Positions 37,701 to 50,258 of a stretch of DNA of 64,000 nucleotides are shown here, piece after piece. The notes beneath the pieces are model-generated. The model was not told the origin of the DNA. It saw only the letters and a list, made by a program, of their open reading frames with translations, and did not search any database. Positions within the stretch are counted from its first letter, which is position 1. Each line of letters begins with the position of its first letter. The stretch lies in the NCBI RefSeq assembly GCF_001194135.2, contig NC_069004.1, positions 25,836,600 through 25,900,599 on the forward strand. Reading direction: 5' to 3'. A program made the position numbers and the translations under genes. The DNA comes from Octopus bimaculoides. Taxonomy: Eukaryota.

Positions 37701-40700
37701 CGGTTGGGGAGAGGGAAACTACAAGTGCATAATTAGTATCCGTGCTTAGGAAAATAAGGAACCGATTAAGTTTGCAAATTCAAAAGTATTAACTATTTAT
37801 ATATATTTAATCACTATCTTTGTCTATCTTAATTTCTACACAATATTTTTCAAAAAAGAAATTGTCATTGGAAGGTTTCAAATGCGAAATTACAAATTTT
37901 TTGCTGGCAAAATTGAAACAAAAGCGAACTCATTTGAGTTCGTCAATGATAAAAAACGTGAGTTTCACGCCTTTTTCGAAGATATTAACGCAATGTGTCT
38001 CATGAAAAAAGACCACACTCGAAAATTCAGAGTCAATAACTGACACATTATGCTTAATGGCATATATTCCGGCTCTTTACGTTCTGCTCAAATTCCGCCG
38101 AGGTCGACTTAGCCTTTCATCCTTTCTGGGTCGATTAAATAAGCATCAGCTGAGCACCGAGGTCGATGATCCGAAATTCCGTCAATGTAAACGACGACCC
38201 CCACCCACCCACACATTGAAACTGCTCGTCTTGTCCCTGGCAAGTTGGCGGAATTTTCAACGAATCAGACAAAATATTTAGCAGTATTTCGTACGGCTTT
38301 TTACCCTCTGAATTCAAATTCCACCCAGGGCCTTTCAGGGTCGATGCAGTCGACTTACCGCCCACCGACTAAAATTGCTGGCTTCGTGTCAGAATTTTGA
38401 AATTATTACTTAAAGAAAGCAGAATATAGGTAATCAAATCCACTTGAGAATAACCCGTAGTTTTTAACTGAACAAGTTTTACTTCTGGACGATATTAGTT
38501 TAATTAAGCATCCACTTTGATGTTGCATTAGCTATCTCCAGCTTGTTACCGCCTAATGAGGAAGACGAGACGAGCTTAACCGCTTATATAGGAACGTATA
38601 TCTATGACGGGCTTGAACCGAACCTTTACTAACAGGCAACAAGCAAAAGAGTCTGACAAACTGTTCAATTTGTATTTTATGTCCTTCAGAAGCACAGAAT
38701 AGCTAGATTCCATTGATGTACCTTTCCACAAAAAAACACATTACATGGATATCGGTCACTCCGACCGAGAGAGTTCAGTTAATTGTTCCTCTAACTAAAA
38801 ACCGTCAGAGAAATTGAAAGTGACAGTAAAACGTGAACACGTGTACCCTCAATGTAATCACCTTCAGGCGGAATTAGCGTGACACAATGTAACAAGGTTA
38901 TGCATTTTAAATCAGATACAACCCATACGTCGAGGCTTCTACAGTTTCACATACAAGGTGTACGTGTTACTAACTACTGAGCTAGAGCCAACGAGAGAAC
39001 CTCTTCGTGGTCATTCACATACTAGAAAGAGTAGGCAAAACTCCAAAATGACATCGTACGGTTTTAAAATAACGTCAGTTTGGAAAATGGGACATGATTA
39101 GAGCTAGAAAGTAAAGCCTGATCAACCACAGATGACCTTAGACTAAACTACATTTTCTTTTTTAGTTTTGATCACCATGGCTTACACGACGCTAGAAGTC
39201 CATTTTATATTATATAGTTTCTAATTTAGGTAAAAAGGAGTTAGTCTATACGATCAACCCCTCCACTCAGACTAGTACGCCACTGAAAGCACGCGAAAGG
39301 TGACCAGCTGATATCGATGGGATTAGAACACAGAATGTAAAGAATTGTAAGAAAAATTGACTCTTTAACAATTCTGGGAGACTTCCGTCCGTTTCCCCAC
39401 CAAAAACAACCCTTAGAAAAATCCCNNNNNNNNNNNNNNNNNNNNNNNNNNNNNNNNNNNNNNNNNNNNNNNNNNNNNNNNNNNNNNNNNNNNNNNNNNN
39501 NNNNNNNNNNNNNNNNNNNNNNNNNNNNNNNNNNNNNNNNNNNNNNNNNNNNNNNNNNNNNNNNNNNNNNNNNNNNNNNNNNNNNNNNNNNNNNNNNNNN
39601 NNNNNNNNNNNNNNNNNNNNNNNNNNNNNNNNNNNNNNNNNNNNNNNNNNNNNNNNNNNNNNNNNNNNNNNNNNNNNNNNNNNNNNNNNNNNNNNNNNNN
39701 NNNNNNNNNNNNNNNNNNNNNNNNNNNNNNNNNNNNNNNNNNNNNNNNNNNNNNNNNNNNNNNNNNNNNNNNNNNNNNNNNNNNNNNNNNNNNNNNNNNN
39801 NNNNNNNNNNNNNNNNNNNNNNNNNNNNNNNNNNNNNNNNNNNNNNNNNNNNNNNNNNNNNNNNNNNNNNNNNNNNNNNNNNNNNNNNNNNNNNNNNNNN
39901 NNNNNNNNNNNNNNNNNNNNNNNNNNNNNNNNNNNNNNNNNNNNNNNNNNNNNNNNNNNNNNNNNNNNNNNNNNNNNNNNNNNNNNNNNNNNNNNNNNNN
40001 NNNNNNNNNNNNNNNNNNNNNNNNNNNNNNNNNNNNNNNNNNNNNNNNNNNNNNNNNNNNNNNNNNNNNNNNNNNNNNNNNNNNNNNNNNNNNNNNNNNN
40101 NNNNNNNNAGTCAAGAAATTCATCACAAGAAGGAAATAATACAATACAGAAACCATTCAAAAACGGAAATTGGAAGCAAGGAAATGAAATCAATACGAAT
40201 TAGGGTTTGGTGGCTGGACAGACAATTCTTGGCACTTATACGATTACGCTTTTCTTTTTCATTTTTTTTTAAACCGACTTTTAGTTCATCAAGAATTCAC
40301 AATCAGCAAAAAAGTTTGAATTTATTTTGATAAGAAATTGATCAGGTTTAAAGGGTTCTACTGATTTTTTAAAAAACCTTTTGTACACACACACATTTAT
40401 TTCTATCAGCAGCCTCTAATTCTATTTATATCCAAGAATTGGAATTATATCTATACAATAATTTCATATATAATTAAGAACTTAATTCTTATAAGAACAA
40501 TATATACAAGAACTATGAATATAAATTCATAGTTTATATATACAAAAACTATGAATATAAATTTATATTTAAAAAACTTTTATATATATCTAAAAAGAAA
40601 ATATAATTACAACTGCAAACAAAATATATTTATATACATAAAAAACAAACGATTTATATCCATAAATCAATTCTCTATAAAACGGTGCGACTTATCCACG

Positions 40701-42665
40701 GGTAAATATGACAAAATCGTACTAAATAGTATTACCAACAACTGTAATTACTAATTTGCTAATACTAATTCTAATCAGCTTCCGATTTAAATATATTTGC
40801 AGAGTCTAAATTAATGATGCTCAAAATAACTCGAAAAGTAACGGGGAAGGCGTGAGAAAACCCCCTTTAAAAAAAATCACTACCCATCTTCGTTAGATGT
40901 TAAATAAATTTGGCGGATTTTCGGAACAAAATGAAATATATAAACCGGTTTTGTGTTAGTGTGTACATGTATCAAGAAAACCTGGAAGCAATATGTACAA
41001 TCATTTCGAATAAATCTGTAAACGCACCTTGCTTATTTATATATTTGTCTGCCTGTCTATCTATAAAAGGTGTTATCTCCATCTACAATACTGAGAAACA
41101 GAAAAATATGTCATGAAGCAGGGGTCGAAACCTTTTTTTCTTTTTTAAATATAACAGACTATGAGGAAGCACGCGGCCAAAATAATTTTGGCCGACTATT
41201 TTTACAAACTTAATCCCCACAAATCACTCCACAGCATTCAGTACCTTCCCCACCAGCATTATAAGGGCTTGTTTGCGAAGGACAAAGCATACCGAACACT
41301 AGGTTGTTGCGAACGAAAGGGAAGAGCATATAAAATAAGGAAAACGAAGAAAAAGAGAAAATAAATCAAAGTTTAAAAAAAGAAAAAAAAAAAAATTTAA
41401 CTGGCGCCGTTTGCTGGTACTTTTCCGAATTTCAATAGCACATTCGTTTCGTCACAGATTATGTAATTTTAGTTATATTCACCTCATTTCGTCTTACTGA
41501 ATCAATACTAAGAGTGGAAAGGGACTGATAAATCGACATATATTTTATCAATATTTTAATAAAACAACTACAATCTCACAATAAAATGAATGTAAAGGAT
41601 TCTCTATACGGTATATATACAGTTTAGAGCCTCCTAACTTTTGTTTTATTGTATTTTACTGAAATAATTCATTTTTATACAAAACATTTCGCAGATGTGT
41701 TTTCGATGGTGTAAAAGACAAAACAAATACATTAGGATTAATTTTTTTTTTGGGGGGGGAGGGGGGTTAGACACCTTTTATCATTTTGACCCTACTGATC
41801 AATTCCTCATAACTCTTTAAAATACATATATTTTGAACAAATACGCAAGGTTAACGCGTCAAACATACGGAGTTCACACATACAAATGAAGTTACGGAAA
41901 TTAGTGTTAACAAAAATCAGGGCGATAGAGAGCCACTAAAGAAATTTCATGACTATAATCATTTACGTAAAATTTCGTTTAAAAAAAAAAAAAAAAAAAA
42001 ACCTATTTTCCAAAAAGTTATGAGAAAAAGCCGGGCGGAAGAGGCATGAAACTGTAGCGGTTTCACAATACAAAAGGAGTATAAATACACACACACACAC
42101 ACACACATACTGAGTTTTAACTATTATTGAAGAAAAAAAGGCTACGACAATGTTAGATGCTAAAAGAAGCGGTATTTCTTCATGGCAATTGCGATACTAG
42201 GTATTAATTTATAATTATATGTAAAATATATCCTGTAAATTTTAATTAACGAACAAAAGGCCGATATTTAGGTAATCGTACCGAAAGATCGCCAAGATTT
42301 AAATTGTCAGAAGAGGGTAACAGGAATTAATGGGATTATGATATCCAGGATTTCTTAAAGATATATTATTTCGCGAATTAAGCGAAAAATTATTCGGATG
42401 GTTTCTTTAATGATTCTTGAACACTGTTATAGCGAGTAGTGCCGGAGGAAATATAAGGTTTATATTTACTAATCAGGTCTGCGATCCGGTTTCAATTCCC
42501 AGTTAGTAACAAATTTATTTCGGGCACGTGGATTAATAACAAAAAGGAATAACTGTCACTTTCCCTCCTCCTTCTCCTCACACTGTGGCTTTGATGTATA
42601 AGAAATTTTCATGGATTCTATTAGTTTTCTTTTTTTCTTTCCTATTAAAATAAATATATACTCAC

Positions 42666-42777
42666 AGTTGCGTTTCTGCTGCACAGTTAATGTTGCCGGT
42701 GCAACTAAATTGTGTAGAGAAGATGATGTGTGGCGAACAAGTAATTTCGAAGCTACCGATGCAACAACCTTAGCCAT
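42666..42777 (-). CDS. IDH2: IDH2 exon 1, mitochondrial transit peptide MAKVVASVASKLLVRHTSSSLHNLVAPATLTVQQKRN (phase 1)
   Basis: ATG in ACCATGG Kozak context; donor GTGAGT at 42665-42660. The peptide has no acidic residues and is rich in S/T/A/K/R. Splicing to exon 2 gives KRNY|AK, an R-x-Y/A cleavage-like motif. Confidence 0.9.
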
Positions 42778-43100
42778 GGTGCGTTTACAAGAACCGACTG
42801 AAAGAAGTGGCGAAATTGGTTTAGAAAGAAAGAGGAGAAATAAATAGAGAGAGAAACCGATAGAGGGAGTGAACAGTAAATAAATGGAGAGAGACAGAGA
42901 CGGACAGAGAGAAGGTTCTCTTTAAACAGACTCCGGGCCACACTACAGCATGGGATTATGCTATTAGCCCACATGGCGGGAAGGGGTGACAGGTTGTTGC
43001 TTGTGGTTAAAAATGCGCTATAATTGTGACTGACAAACGATGTGATTGTTAACAAAACACTCAAATTATGATTAAAGTATTAAAAAAGAGAAAAAAAAAC
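42778..43100 (-). promoter_or_regulatory. IDH2 5'UTR / promoter region
   Basis: About 170 nt of uATG-free, pyrimidine-rich sequence on the minus strand upstream of the ATG. YY1-like ACATGGCGG at 42971-42979. CpG-rich. Confidence 0.55.
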
Positions 43101-43571
43101 GCTGGTCAAGATCTTGTCGGTATCATTTCTTACCGACATTTACTATTCACCAACCATTCATCCCCCATTGTTTTGTTATATGCATATATCGTTGTATTTT
43201 CTCTTTTGCCATCCTTGTAGATTTTTTTTAATGAGTTGCAGCTTTGCTTGTCACATGATTAAATAAGCGTTTCTAATTGGTTAGTTTATCTGGCTTTAAT
43301 TTTTCTCTTACTTCTCCTACTTCCCCCCTCTCCTTCAACATATGAATCATTCTTTTTCTCGTACTTTCATCCTCTCTTTATTCCTTTCTCTCTCTTTGTA
43401 TATTACTCTCAATTTCTTTCTTCCTTTGTCTGCCTTACTTTCTTTCTCTCTCTCGTCTTCCATTACATGTGCAGTTCGTTCTTTACCAGACTCTGCTTGT
43501 GTTGCTGGTAGAAGCACCGATCCTTTGCTTTCCTTTCTAGATATTTTCTTGTTATTCGTTTTTTGACACGA

Positions 43572-43592
43572 ATGCCAAAGTCGGAATTCAAA
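43572..43592 (+). CDS. Candidate first coding exon of a divergent gene (MPKSEFK followed by a GTAAGT donor)
   Basis: ATG at 43572, perfect donor AAA|GTAAGT at 43593-43598, CT-rich + strand leader upstream. No downstream exon identified. Confidence 0.3.
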
Positions 43593-43926
43593 GTAAGTAA
43601 CTCAACGCCTATTTAAAGTTTAGCTTTAAATAATATTTAGTTAATTTGTCAATGAATACAAATGCTCTTAATTGATTCGTGTTTGCTCTTCCCCCCCTCT
43701 CTCTTTATCACTATCTCTCTCCTCTCACCTTCTCTGTTTATCACTTTCTCTTTATTTCCCCCTCCTCTCTCTATGTCTACCCTTCTGTTCCACATCCTTC
43801 TTGGACCTCGCGTAGAAATGCCGGCCTTATGCTAACGAAAAAAGTTAGGGAACAGTGGATCTCGAAGCACATAAAGCTATAAATAATAGCATGTAATTGT
43901 TGGGGTGAAAAACCTTTTTTTGATAG

Positions 43927-43980
43927 AAAAAAGTCGAAGGCTACCCGTGGGGCTCGAACCCACGTCTCCCTAAGACGGGA
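43927..43980 (-). pseudogene. 3' half of a tRNA-like sequence (long variable arm, Leu/Ser type) followed by a T6 run
   Basis: Minus strand reads GTCT-TAGGG-AGAC, then GTGGG-TTCGAGC-CCCAC (perfect T-arm with B box), GGGTAGCC, TTCGAC, TTTTTT. No A box, D arm or matching 5' acceptor strand. Confidence 0.5.
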
Positions 43981-46900
43981 TGATAATTTCCAAAGCATGA
44001 ACACCTCAACACCTCTCGTTTCTTATTTCGTTTAAATAAACCTGAGAGCTCTTAGGAATAAAAAATATATATTGATACTAATGGTAGTTTCGAATGTTGT
44101 GTACCACCAGGTCAGCTCTGATCGAGGAGACCCAGAATGAAAAGGTACCTTAGGTGTGACTGTTCTTGTTTTTCTTCTTTTGCTTTTCCGTTTTTGATTA
44201 CAATTTTTTAGTTTTGATTACATTGTCCACTGCTTTTTTTTTTTTTTTTGAGACGGTTGGGTCTAATTTGAGAGATTTAGCTGCTATTTCTAGCATTATG
44301 AGCAGCCGCATAAAGCACTGCCTGGGAAACTTTTTTTTTTTTATACCAGGACTGAATTATTTATTAAATTTAGTGAGGGATGCATCTGTACTGAGAGAAA
44401 TAATGAATTTTTAATTTTACAAATTCATAACTATGTAAATTAACTCGCTATTTTCTTTTTTTTTTTCCTATGCANNNNNNNNNNNNNNNNNNNNNNNNNN
44501 NNNNNNNNNNNNNNNNNNNNNNNNNNNNNNNNNNNNNNNNNNNNNNNNNNNNNNNNNNNNNNNNNNNNNNNNNNNNNNNNNNNNNNNNNNNNNNNNNNNN
44601 NNNNNNNNNNNNNNNNNNNNNNNNNNNNNNNNNNNNNNNNNNNNNNNNNNNNNNNNNNNNNNNNNNNNNNNNNNNNNNNNNNNNNNNNNNNNNNNNNNNN
44701 NNNNNNNNNNNNNNNNNNNNNNNNNNNNNNNNNNNNNNNNNNNNNNNNNNNNNNNNNNNNNNNNNNNNNNNNNNNNNNNNNNNNNNNNNNNNNNNNNCCT
44801 GGCATAGAGATCTTTGTGGCTGTTGTGATTTTTAAATCTATAAAGAGCGGAAAATCTGCTACCCGGTTTCCTCAACTTAGGGTTATGTTACTCGTCATCG
44901 AGAAAAGGTTTTGCCCTGTCTAGTAAGTACTGATGTGCTGGGCAAATGGCAATTACGTAACAAGGGTTGTCAGTGCCCGAGTGTAATGACAATTTTGGCG
45001 CACCGTGCATTAATTAAAACTTGATAGCTCAGAGGAAACGTTGCACCCAAGGGTCACTGCTTCTCTTACTACACCTCTGAACGAGCGGTCAATGTTTTGG
45101 GTCGACATGAAGTTGTGCGGAAGGGTGCTTAAACGTCATGAATATCCCTAAGATCAAACTTCGATCTTCGTTTGTATTAACGAAGGGGATAATTTGAGGG
45201 ACGTTGTTAGTTAGATACTAGTACCAGTTAACGAATGGAGAATCGATTGCCGTGTGGGTTTTATGTTACAAAATGAATTTGGCCATTAATGATTCTAAAC
45301 AATAATAATCATGAATAATACATCCAACTATTTAGAAATAAATGACTAAGCTAAATTCATTGATTCATCTCGAAAGGGGAGACCTTAATTGTTCAGAATC
45401 CCGTGTGAAAAATAATCAATTCTTCATAAAATGCGAATGATATATTTCCAATGGCTTGCATCTTTGATGTTTTATAGGAATATACCGGCTGTTTGGTGTG
45501 CACCTTCCTCCGTGTACCACTCAGTTTGACTCCCTAGTTGAGTCCAGGTCTTCTGTGAGAGCCTCATTCCACGAGTCTACATTCGTTTTAGTTACTTGCT
45601 ACCTTCACCAATTGTTTAGTTGTGCTCTCACAAATCGAACACGTGTATGTATGTTGTGCGTGCATATATATATATATAAATATTTCTAAGATATGGCATA
45701 AGAGCCAATTCGGGATAGAAAAAGAATAAGTCCCTCTTAAGTTTCCTCATTTAGCGCTCATGTTATATATAGAGAGAAAAAAGTTGTTTGAGCGCCAACT
45801 AGTTCTTGTCTTTTAACTTGAATCGTGTCTTGCCAACACATCACTGCTAACCTTTTTGAATTATAGTGGTTGTACTTCATAAAATTTTTGTTCGAAGTAG
45901 TACATGTGTCTGTATTTATAGCAATACTGCAAGTGTCACTCCAAAACAATGCTGATGGATAATTAGATTAGCATTCATTCTTTTATCGAATTGTCTACTC
46001 AGTTGCGAATTAATCCTCACCTGTGGAGATGTATACACTGTTAATTAACACTAATGGAAATGGGTTTATAAAGTAAATGAATGAATGCTTTGTGTTGCAT
46101 AAATTTTTACATCTTTAATCGGAAATGAAATCAATCGACATGTGTGGATTGTAAAACGTTTTGTCCCAAGACAAGGCTGACTTATTCTTAAAAAATTGTG
46201 ATTTGCGTCTGGAAATGACTTAAATATCATCTATTTCTCATTGTTCTTCGTTCATTAAAACTGAGATGATACCACACTCGGTGCAAGACGATTCTCACTG
46301 GAGCACCGAATCGGAGACCTGGTGTTCTTTTCTTAATAATTGCGAAATTTCACCACGGGAATATCTACTGATTTGCGGATGATTTGAAGGCATAACTACA
46401 CAATTGTGTCCCACCCCCACCGACTTTGTTTCCTCCTAGCTGTCTGAGAATTAATATTTTTTTTCCAAGAAGTTTTCTACAAATACTTTTCAGATGGTGT
46501 AGATTACAATTATATCAGAATTTGTTGGGAATTTTTTTTTTAACAGAGGGCGGGGTGGATGAGGAGTTTCAGATAATTCACACACCTTGGCTTTGTTTCC
46601 TTGTGTGTTTTGATGATGCAAAGGACAATTATATTGAAAAAAGAATTAAGAACTTTTTCACTCTTTGTCTTCTGTAATTTGTTGAACGAATATATTTTTT
46701 TTAATGTGACAGTGTTGGTAGTGGGCACTCATCTGTAGTTATGCCTCAGTTTCTACCCCTTTGCATCTGATCTCATCCTTATATCTTATCTTTTAAGTTA
46801 GTCTTTTATTTATTTTTCTTTTTGTCTTTCTTATCTAATCAGTGATATTAATTATCAATAAGTAAATATAATTCCGTTCACTACAACAGTGTAGTATCGG

Positions 46901-48149
46901 CGGCTCTCGAATCCGACCGGCTGGTATTTCTAGGAATGATTTATACCACATCCAGCCGAATGTCATTTAGATTGACTTTCATAAACAATAGGGTATCTTA
47001 AACTGATCGATAGATCAATCGAGTCCCTTGTTTTATTGTTTTGACTTGAAGTGTTCCAACTATGACCATCTCGTTTTATTTTCAGATTACGCATCTAAAA
47101 CTATTATTCAAATTGTGTCCTTTTTAAAAACAATGTTGGCAAGTGGTTTGCGATAAATTTGGCTGCTATTTCTAGCAGTTCGTGTGACCACGTAGAAGCT
47201 TCTCTGTTGCTGCGACTGTTACTGTCGCTCTAGTTTTGGTGGTGGTGGTGGTGCTTAAGATGCAGTAAGTTAGAGATGTTGGTGGTAGTGGTGATGATGG
47301 ATACGGCATCATAATATTTAGTCCCAGACCCCCCCCCCCCCCCCNNNNNNNNNNNNNNCCTCCCCCGATTGGGCAGACCTAAGACTGGTTAGTAAATGTG
47401 ATGCTGATAACAATTAATGATGCTGAATCGGAGAGGTTATGATGATAATTATTGTTCTTGTTTAGTCCCCAGCAGACTTGTGATCAAAGGCGTTTCACCC
47501 ATGATTTGTTGTTGTGTTTTAGGGGACATCTGAATGCTATTTTTAGCAGTTCGAGTGACCTTGTAGAGATTCACTCGATGATGTTGGTAATAGTTATAGG
47601 GCAAAACTATAGTTTGATGCTCCACCCCGATCTCTGACATTGTTTCCTCGTAAAAATACATATTTTATAATGGAATTTTTCAAAGATACATTTTCAGGGA
47701 TGTAAATTATGATTCTGTTGACAAAATTTAGAAAGAATTTGAATTTTTTATTTTGTGAATGAGTTTCCGATTATTCTACCACCTGCCGAATTTGGTTTCC
47801 TTTTTCATAAATCTCTTCAAAATGCGTATTGTTTAAATGATATTTTGACACACACATATTGGAGTGTGGAATTGCCGGAGTTACGGAAATTGATAACAAA
47901 AGGCGGGGGACGAGTGTGGGTTTGAGAACGATCCGAAATTCCGTCAAAAATCTTGTTTTCTAAAAACATTTTAACAATATAATTGTAACCTGCACTCTCG
48001 AAAACCATAACTCTGCTAAATTTCATTAAAAAAATATTCATTTTTCAGAAGATTGTGAAGAAATAAAGTCGGGGGGGGGGTAGTGTCGGAGCACCAAATT
48101 ATCCTTATGGGGTCACTGTGACATTGCGGTTTGATAATGAATGATTGCA

Positions 48150-48715
48150 TCGATGTTGTCATTTAACCCCAGATCAGCTCTGCTCGAGAGATAATCCAGT
48201 CGTGGCCACCCCAACTTTCAGATAGATATCTAAGGGTTACATTAATATGATCTCTTTTCTAAGACAGTTGATATATAATTTGAAGGACATTTGGCTGTAT
48301 TTTCTAGCAGGTCTAGCGACCACGCAGAGGCTCCGAGTTACTCTGATGAAGCAGATCTATGGTCAAAGACGTTCCAATCATGACCAAACAGTCTATATTT
48401 TCTGTTATGTTTTCTATAACAAATGCGTCTCCGTTTTTAAAACGGCGGTGCGTGATCTAAAGGCGATTTGGTCGCTATATCTAGCAAGTGAAGCAACCAC
48501 ATGCTCCCAGTTACTGTTATTGTTTGACCCAGGTCATTGTTGATGAAACAGACAGAACTATAGCAGGCATTCTAGCCATGACCATCCCATCTTTTCAAAT
48601 GTTTATGACTGCATATATTTCCTTTCTTAAAAAACAGATGGTAGGGCTAATTTTATAGATTTCACTGCTATTTCTAGCATATGTAACGACTACGTAGCGG
48701 CTTCCCTATTCTGAA
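48150..48715 (+). repeat. Three tandem copies of unclassified interspersed family 5 (core ATTTGGCTGCTATTTCTAGC)
   Basis: Core motif recurs at about 34200, 36010, 36180 (minus), 37660, 44275, 47160, 47520, 48290, 48465, 48660, 63655 and 4740-4980 (minus). Confidence 0.75.
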
Positions 48716-50115
48716 GAAATGGATGGAGTTATACACTAGGTTGGTGTTAGCGATGGTGGCGGTTGAAGAGGCTGGCAGATAACGATAAAACGGTTAGATT
48801 AATTCGGATTAGACACACACATACGTATGAAGCAAAGAATTTTTGAATCACCCTGTAATTGTATAAATCATGTGTATGTATGTGTGTTTATGTGTGAAAA
48901 TATCTGTGTAGCTGTGCGTTTGTGTGTGTGTCTGTGTGTGTAATACGAGAAACAGGAGGTTACATAAAAATATGAAGTTTGACCTTTATTAACAAGTGAT
49001 GCGTTAGCATTTACATTTATATAGTCTTGTGTTTGTATACGTGTGTCTGTGTGTTTCGGAATGTCAGTTAATAACCTTACTGTTCATGTGTCCATGTTGT
49101 GTGTGTATATATGTTGAGAGGAAAGCTGAGATTTGAGGATGTTAATGTTCTTGCAATATGGTTAACGTTTAGCTAATCAACTTGTATAAATACGTTTGTG
49201 TGTGTGTGTGTACATAATACCTGTATGTGCAAGCCTATTCATTTATATGTATATCAATACCTACACACTCACATTATATATACAGAGGCATGCATACGTA
49301 TACAAAGATAGTGTGTGCATGCATGCGTACATACACGCGCACATGTACGTGTATCTGTGTGTTTGCAAGGAGATATACTTAGATGCAATGTGGATGGAAT
49401 TTCGTGGTAGCACGAACAACATATCTTTTACTGGTTTGCGTCACTGGGCTGCGGCCATGCTGGGGCATCGCCTTAGAAGGTTACAGTAGATCCTATCGAT
49501 TCGCATATTTTAATAATAATTATAATAATTCCTAACGTGAGCGCCAGTCCACGATTTTGAGGAATAACGGCGGTGTTGTTGGTGGTGGTGGTAGGTATAG
49601 ACCATTCCAGCTGCTCGAATGTAAGAGTACAGCAATAAATAAGGCTTATTCTAAGAATACATAAGTATCTCGTACTCACTTCTCCCTGCTGTATTCACCC
49701 TTCATTCTTCTTAGCCAATCTATGTAAATGTCTATAGTTATGTAACATGTAACGTGTAAGTGCTAGCTTCACTACAGCTGTTTCAGACGTGTTTTTTTTC
49801 TTTTATTGATGAATANNNNNNNNNNNNNNNNNNNNNNNNNNNNNNNNNNNNNNNNNNNNNNNNNNNNNNNNNNNNNNNNNNNNNNNNNNNNNNNNNNNNN
49901 NNNNNNNNNNNNNNNNNNNNNNNNNNNNNNNNNNNNNNNNNNNNNNNNNNNNNNNNNNNNNNNNNNNNNNNNNNNNNNNNNNNNNNNNNNNNNNNNNNNN
50001 NNNNNNNNNNNNNNNNNNNNNNNNNNNNNNNNNNNNNNNNNNNNNNNNNNNNNNNNNNNNNNNNNNNNNNNNNNNNNNNNNNNNNNNNNNNNNNNNNNNN
50101 NNNNNNNNNNNTATT

Positions 50116-50258
50116 GGGTTACCCTGGGTCTCTCGCCATAAACGATATCTTTATGGCGTTATCACCAGACCGTAAGACCTGTTGGTTATAGGCCAACAGG
50201 TCTGAAGATAAGCCATAAAGGTATCCTTTATGGAATGGCGAGAAACCCAGGGTAACCC
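50116..50258. repeat. Nested foldback element (143 bp)
   Basis: 24-bp outer arms with 1 mismatch, a hairpin inside each arm, and an 11-bp perfect central stem at 50175-50203. Confidence 0.9.

Noticed and set aside
42780-42830. Iron-responsive element in the IDH2 5'UTR
   Set aside because: The loop reads CAGTCG, not CAGTGN, and there is no supporting stem.
42753-43064. 103-aa minus-strand ORF overlapping the IDH2 start
   Set aside because: Different frame, low-complexity CT-derived sequence; the IDH2 ATG has the better Kozak context.
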